Positions 58,301 through 64,000 of a stretch of 64,000 nt of DNA are shown one piece after another (within the stretch, counting starts at the first letter, position 1; every line of letters starts with the position of its first letter). The stretch covers positions 4,203,111-4,267,110 of the forward strand of contig NC_057757.1 in assembly GCF_004010195.1 (NCBI RefSeq), given 5' to 3'. A model generated the notes under the pieces. That model was not told where the DNA came from. It saw only the letters and a program-made list of their open reading frames with translations, and ran no database searches. This stretch comes from Chiloscyllium plagiosum (Eukaryota). The translations under genes and the position numbers were made by a program.

Positions 58301-61293
58301 CTTCACAGGATAAGACGTTAAAATCCACTTTTTCTCTACCTAAGATTCCAAACAGTACTAATCGATTTTGAGACTTCACAAAGAGATTGATAGCTGGGAG
58401 TGAATGAGAAGCTCCAGCTGACATTAAGCGAGTGTTTTACCCGTCTTCTCCATGCTTTATACCAGGCTTTCGCTGGGAGACAACGGCTGGGCAGACTTTG
58501 CGGCAACAGAACCTTAATCCAACTGCACCTTCCAAGCTCAAAATTGACAACCTCCGGTAACCACATTGTCAAATTGCGCGTGCGTTGCAGGTCGACCAAT
58601 CAGAAGAGCAGACGGGGATTTACCCTGTTTTATGAAACTGTTGGTAAGGTGATATTAAGGCAGCATGGTTTTAATATACTGGATGCAATTCCCAATTTGT
58701 TGGGTCGAAGCATGAGAGGCAGGTGTCTTTAAGGACTGGGAAATTCACCCGTCCAACCCCAGAGGCAAGCCCGCTTTTGAAGAGCCATAGCATACCTACA
58801 ATGTAGAAGCAGGCCAGTTGGCCCAACAAGTCCACACTGACCCTCTGAAGAGTATCCCATCCCGACCCCTTCCACTACCCTATTACCCCACAAGTCCCAT
58901 GAATAATGCACCTAACTGACAACCCTGAACACTATGGGCAATATAGCTTGGCCAATTCACCCTAACCTGCGCATCTTTGGACTGTGAGAGGAGGCTGGAG
59001 CACCTGGAGGAAACCCACGCAGACACAGGGAGAATGTTGCTAGAAAAGCACAGCAAGTCAGGCAGCATTCGAGGAGCAGGGAAATTGACATTTCGGACAA
59101 AAACCCTTCATCAGCTGCCTGACCTGCTGTGCTTTTCCAACACCACTCTAATCTCCAGCACTCATTTTCATCAAATGGAGCACGTGCAAACTCTGCACAG
59201 ACCGAGGCTGGAATTGAACCCAGGTCCCTGGCACTGTGAGGCTTAGCATCAAGTGTCAATCGACCTCTTAAATGGCCACCCAACTGGCCAATCACACTCA
59301 GCCCCCATTCCTCCATAGGGCTGTGATCCAACCCCACCTACAGCTGCCACCCAATCAGAGGGTGACGGAAAGGGGTGTTCTTGACAGTGCACCGGAGCGC
59401 CCACATGTAAGGCTCAGGTTGCTAGTGGAACTGCAGCGTTGGAGATGCACGTATTTGGTGATGAGGGTTGTGGGCGTGGGTGGGGGTGGGTGGGGTCTTA
59501 AGAGAGATGGATGGAGTCAGAGGCAAGCCGAAGTGGCAAACCTCCCCACCACCCCCTCCCACCCCCCCACCCCCACCCCTTCCAATTCCATGGTGAGGAT
59601 TTCCCTCGTCCCCTCACAAGAGCTCAAGGGTATCGCCCCTGGGTCGGCCCACCCAATTATTTGCCCCATCAGCCTCACCCCTCCCCCACCACAAACCCCT
59701 CTCCCCTGCCCCCACCACCACTACTTATGTTGTTGTTCTCTTATCCTGATAGGGTCAGAGTTGGACACTGTAATTAATATTGCTACCTCATGTCTCTGGT
59801 GACTGGCTTCGATTCTACCCTAGGGCAATGACCTGTGTGGAGATCGTATGGTCTCTGCATGGGTTTTCTCCAGGTGCTCCAGTTTCCTCCCAGGATCCAA
59901 ACATATGCAGGTTAGGGTGGATTGGTTGTGCTTAAATGTCCCATAGTGTCCAGGGTTTTGCAGGGGGTGGGGGCTGGATTGGCAGTGCCAAATTGTCCCA
60001 TAGTGTCCAGGGATGTGCAGGTTAGGGTGGATTTGCCATGCCAAATTGTCCCATAGTGTCCAGGGATGTGCAAGTTAGGGTGGTTTGGTCATGCTAAATG
60101 TCCCATAGTGTCCAGGGTTTTGCGGGGGGGAGGTGGATTGGCAGTGCCAAATTGTCCCATAGTGTCCAGGAATGTGCAGGTTAGGGTGGATTGGCCGTGC
60201 TAAATTGTCCCATAGTACCCAGGGATGTGCAAGTTAGGTGGGTTAGCAATGAGGGTGACAGGGTCTGGATGGGATGCTCTTTGGAGGGTTGGTGTGGACT
60301 TGAGGGGCCCAATGGCTGCTTCCACACTGTAAGGATTCATAGAATTCTCTTGGGAAGATTCTGAGTGCTCCCTACTCAAAATCTGAACTGCCTGGGCTGT
60401 TAAAAGATGGATTTCTTTCTGGTCCATCAGGACTCCCTCTGCTGGTACAAATGGGTGGCAGCCTTAAGTGGGCTAGTTCTCAATCCACCATAACTGGGGA
60501 AGGACTGAGAACGAGATGGCACAGATTTGAGGTGATTGGCAAACCAGACGGTGACGAGACAGCGAGAATTGTTTCTTCACCTTGATGAATGGTTAAGATC
60601 TGTAATGAATGGGAGGTAGAATTGAATCTTTGAGGATGGAATCAGATTAGTATGTGAAATGAAGAAATGTGCAGTGTTGCAGGGAGAATGGCATTATGTC
60701 AATAGTTCCTGCAGAGAGTCAGCACAGGGGAGTCGATGGTCTTGTGGTGTTATTATTGTTAATCCAGAGACCCAGGTAACACTCTGGGGATCCAAGTTCA
60801 AATCCTGCCATGGTAGATGGTCAGGATATGTGGAATTAAGAAGCTAATGATGATTATGAATCCATTGCTGATTGTTGGAAAAACCCACCTGGTTGACTAA
60901 TGTTCTTCAAGGAAGGAATCTGCCATCCTTACCAGGTCTGGCCTACATGTGATTCCGGACCCACAGCAATGTGGTTGACTCTCAACTGCCCTCTGGGGCA
61001 ATGAGGGGATGGGCAATAAATGCTACCTGGCCAGCGACACCCTCATCCTGTGAACTAATAAAGGAAAATAAAAACAAGTTAAATAGCCTCTATCCTGGTA
61101 ACCGCATTCTGAAATGGATTGTTAATGGAGAAACATGCCAACTTTTCCCCCTTTCAACCAGATATTGATGAATGTGGCTTTCGTTCAAAAGTGGAGTCGG
61201 TATGTGACCATGTTTGCCACAATTATATTGGAGGATATCGGTGTTACTGTCATCATGGATACAGTCTTCAGAGCGACAAGAAGACATGCAAAG
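49269..61293 (+). CDS. Second C1r/C1s/MASP-family gene, 5' part (signal peptide-CUB1-EGF); probably continues beyond window end
   Basis: Phase-compatible exons 49269-49300, 54945-55152, 58466-58643, 61162-61293. Confidence 0.82.
54440..54897 (+). mobile_element. Rex1/Babar-like LINE 3' fragment
   Basis: GCITTWYGNCT..LQRVVNSA motif; AATAAA followed by (TTCAA)n tail. Confidence 0.55.
54945..55152 (+). CDS. Gene B exon: signal peptide + CUB1 N-half
   Basis: cccag|G..GAG|gtacct; YGEIYLTNY..WDIEVPPGFAVGFHFRHFDLSASPSC. Confidence 0.82.
57732..57888. mobile_element. Tc1/mariner-pogo (Tigger-like) MITE, 157 bp
   Basis: TIRs CAGGTAGACGATCTTTTATCCGAAAT and (reverse complement) CAGGTAGACGGTCCGTTATCTGAAGT; TA on both flanks. 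Confidence 0.8.
58466..58643 (+). CDS. Gene B exon: CUB1 C-half
   Basis: accag|GCT..G|gtaagg; AFAGRQRLGRLCG..RGFTLFYETV. Confidence 0.8.
61162..61293 (+). CDS. Gene B exon: Ca-binding EGF
   Basis: aaccag|AT..G|gtaatg; DIDECGFRSKVESVCDHVCHNYIGGYRCYCHHGYSLQSDKKTCK. Confidence 0.92.
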
Positions 61294-61444
61294 GTAATGT
61301 GGACATTAAGTGATGTCTCACAATTTCAATACGGTACACCCTTTAGAAGACACAGTTGTGAAGGTGTGATGGTCCCCACCTTAACTGAGACAAGTTGAAG
61401 CATAGTGTGCCAAAGGGAATGTCTTGAAGAGGGCATTCAGCCAT

Positions 61445-63665
61445 AGAGAGTCATCGAGTCATCGAGATGTACGGCACAGAAACAGACCCTTCGGTCCAGC
61501 CCATCCATGCCGACCAGATATCCCATCCCAATCTAGTCCCATTTGCCAGCACTTGGCCCATATCCTTCCAAATCCTTCCTATTCATATACCCATCCAGAT
61601 GCCTTTTAAATTTTGCAATTGTACCAGCCTCCACCACTTCCTCTGGCAGCTCATTCCATACATGCACCACCCTCTGCGTGAAAAAGTCGTCCCTTCGGTC
61701 TCTTTTATATCTACCCCCCTCCCAACCCTAAACCTATGCATCCACACCAGGGAAAAGACCTTGTCCATCTATCCTATCTATGCACTTCATGATTTTATAA
61801 ACCTCTATAAGGTCTCCCCTCAGCCTTCAACGTTCCAGGGAAAACAGCCCCAGCCTATTCAATCTCTCCCTGTAGCTCAAATCCTCCAACCCTGGCAACA
61901 TCCTTGTAAATCTTTTCTAAACCTGTTCAAGTTTCACAACATCCTTCTGACAGGAAGGAGACCAGAATTGCACGCAATATTCCAACAGTGGCCTAACCAA
62001 TGTCCTGTACAGCTGCAACATGACCTCCCAACTCCTGTACTCAATACTCTGACCAATAAAGGAAAACATACCAAACGCTTTCTTCACTATCCTATCTACC
62101 TGGGACTCCACTTTCAAGGAGCTATGAACCTGCACTCCAAGGTCTCTTTGTTCAGCAACACTCCCTATGACCTTATTATTAAGTATATAAATCTGCTAAG
62201 ATATGCTTTCTCAAAATGCAGCACCTTGTATTTATCTGAATTAAACTCCATCTGCCAATCATCAGTCCATTGGCCCATCTGATCAAGATCCCATTGTAAT
62301 CTGAGGTAATCTTCTTTGCTATCCATTACACCTCCAATGTTTGTATCATCTGCAAACTTACGAACGATTCTTTCTATGTTCACATCAAAATCATTTATGT
62401 AAATGATGAAAAGTAGTGGACCCAGCACCGATCTTTGTGGCACTCCACTGGTCACAGGCCTCCAGTCTGAAAAACAACCCTCCACCACCACCCTCTGTCT
62501 TCTACCTTTGAGCCAGTTCTGTATCCAAATGGCTAGTTCTACCTATTTTTCATGAGACCTAACCTTGCAACCAGCCTTCCATGGGGAACCTTGTTGAACG
62601 CCTTACTTAAGTCCATATAGATCACATCCACCGCTCTGCACTCATCAATCCTCTTTGTTACTTCTTCAAAAAACTCAATCAAGTTTGTGAGACATGACTG
62701 CCCACGCACAAATCCATGTTGACTATCCCTAATCAGTCCTTGCCTTTCCAAATACATGTACATCCTGTCCCTCAGGTTTCCCTCCAACAACTTGCCTACC
62801 ACCGAGGTCAGGCTCACTGGTCTCGAGCTCCCTGGCTCGTCTTTACCACCCTTCTTAAACAGTGGTTCCACGTTTGCCAACCTCCAGTCTTCTAGCACCT
62901 CACCTGTCACTATCGATGATATAAATATCTCAGCAAGGGGCCCAGCAATCACTTCCATTGTTTCTCACAGAGTTCTAGGGTACACCTGATCAGGTCTTGG
63001 GGATTTATCCACCTTTCTGCATTTAAAGACATCCAGCATTTCCTCCTCAGTAATATGGACATTTTTCAAGATGTCAACATCTATTTCCCCACATTCTATA
63101 TCTTCCATGTCCTTCTCCACAGTAAATACTGATGCAAAATACTCGTTTAGTATCTCCCCCATCTCCTGCGGCTCCACACAAAAGTCACCTTTCTGATCAT
63201 TGTAGGACACTATTGTTTCCCTAGTTACCCTTTTGTCCATAATGTATTTGTAAAATCGCTTTGAATTCTCCTTAAATCTATTTGCCAAAGCTATCTCATG
63301 TCCCATTTTTGCCCTCCTGATTTCCCTCTTCTAAGGATTCACTCGATCTATCCTGTCTATACCTGACATATGCTTCCTTCTTTTTCTGAACCTAGCCCTC
63401 AATTTCTCTTGTCATCCAGCATTCCCAACACCTACCAGCCTTTCCTTTCACCCTGACAGGAATATACTGTCTCTGGATTCTCGTTAGCTCATTTCCCATT
63501 TTCCAGCCGTCCCTTTACCGGCAAACATTTGCGCCCAATCAGTTTTTGAAAGTTCTTGCCTAATACCGTCAAAAGCCTTCCTCCAATTTAGAACTTCAGC
63601 TTTTAGATCTGGTCTATCTTTTTCCATCACTATTTTAAAACGAATAGAATTATGGTCGCTGGCCC
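61445..63665 (-). mobile_element. CR1/HER1 LINE, ~2.2 kb 5'-truncated ORF2
   Basis: ORFs with [43 protein letters not shown]; 3'UTR at ~61450. Confidence 0.92.
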
Positions 63666-63667
63666 CC

Positions 63668-64000
63668 AAGTCCTTGGGCCTCTACTGTTTGTAATTTTTA
63701 TTAATAACTTGGATGAGGGGATTGAAGGATGGGTCAGCAAGTTTGCAGACGACACAAAGGTTGGAGGTGTCGTTGACAGTATAGACGGCTGTTGTAGGCT
63801 GCAGCGGGACATTGACAGGATGCAGAGATGTGGCAGATGGAGTTCAACCTGGCTAAATGCGAGGTGATGCATTTTGGAATGTCGAATTTGAAAGCCGAGT
63901 ACAGGATTAAGGATAGGATTCTTGGCAGTGTGGAGGAACAGAGGGATCTTGGTGTGCAGCTACATAGATCCCTTAAAATGGCCACCCAAGTGGACAGGGT
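63668..64000 (+). mobile_element. CR1-type LINE RT fragment (opposite orientation)
   Basis: VLGPLLFVIFINNLD..KFADDTKVGG. Confidence 0.8.

Overview
Eukaryotic vertebrate genomic DNA, most likely from a cartilaginous fish. This is inferred from the HE1-type tRNA-derived SINEs and very dense CR1/HER1-type LINE fragments. There are three N-gaps (14033-14758, 34113-34835, 45245-46024). The window is an innate-immunity locus with four parts. (1) The 5' part of a NAIP/BIRC1-like gene on the minus strand, with three BIR domains; the NACHT/LRR exons would lie left of the window. (2) A small, actively turning-over tRNA cluster: two Val-CAC, one Lys-CTT and three pseudogenes. (3) A complete 9-exon C1s-like complement serine protease gene on the plus strand (573 aa as spliced by hand). 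It reads CUB-EGF-CCP-CCP-SP, so it lacks the CUB2 domain of canonical C1r/C1s/MASP proteins, and its CUB1 Ca2+/collagen-binding residues are degenerate. (4) The first four coding exons of a second, tandem C1r/C1s/MASP-family gene with an even more degenerate, basic CUB1. Intergenic and intronic DNA carries Penelope-like element ends with minimal hammerhead-ribozyme cores, several as fold-back inserts. It also holds a TA-flanked MITE, minisatellites, and a long inverted repeat bracketing a CUB exon. All gene models were derived by eye from GT-AG sites, phase compatibility and recalled family motifs; no database searches were run.
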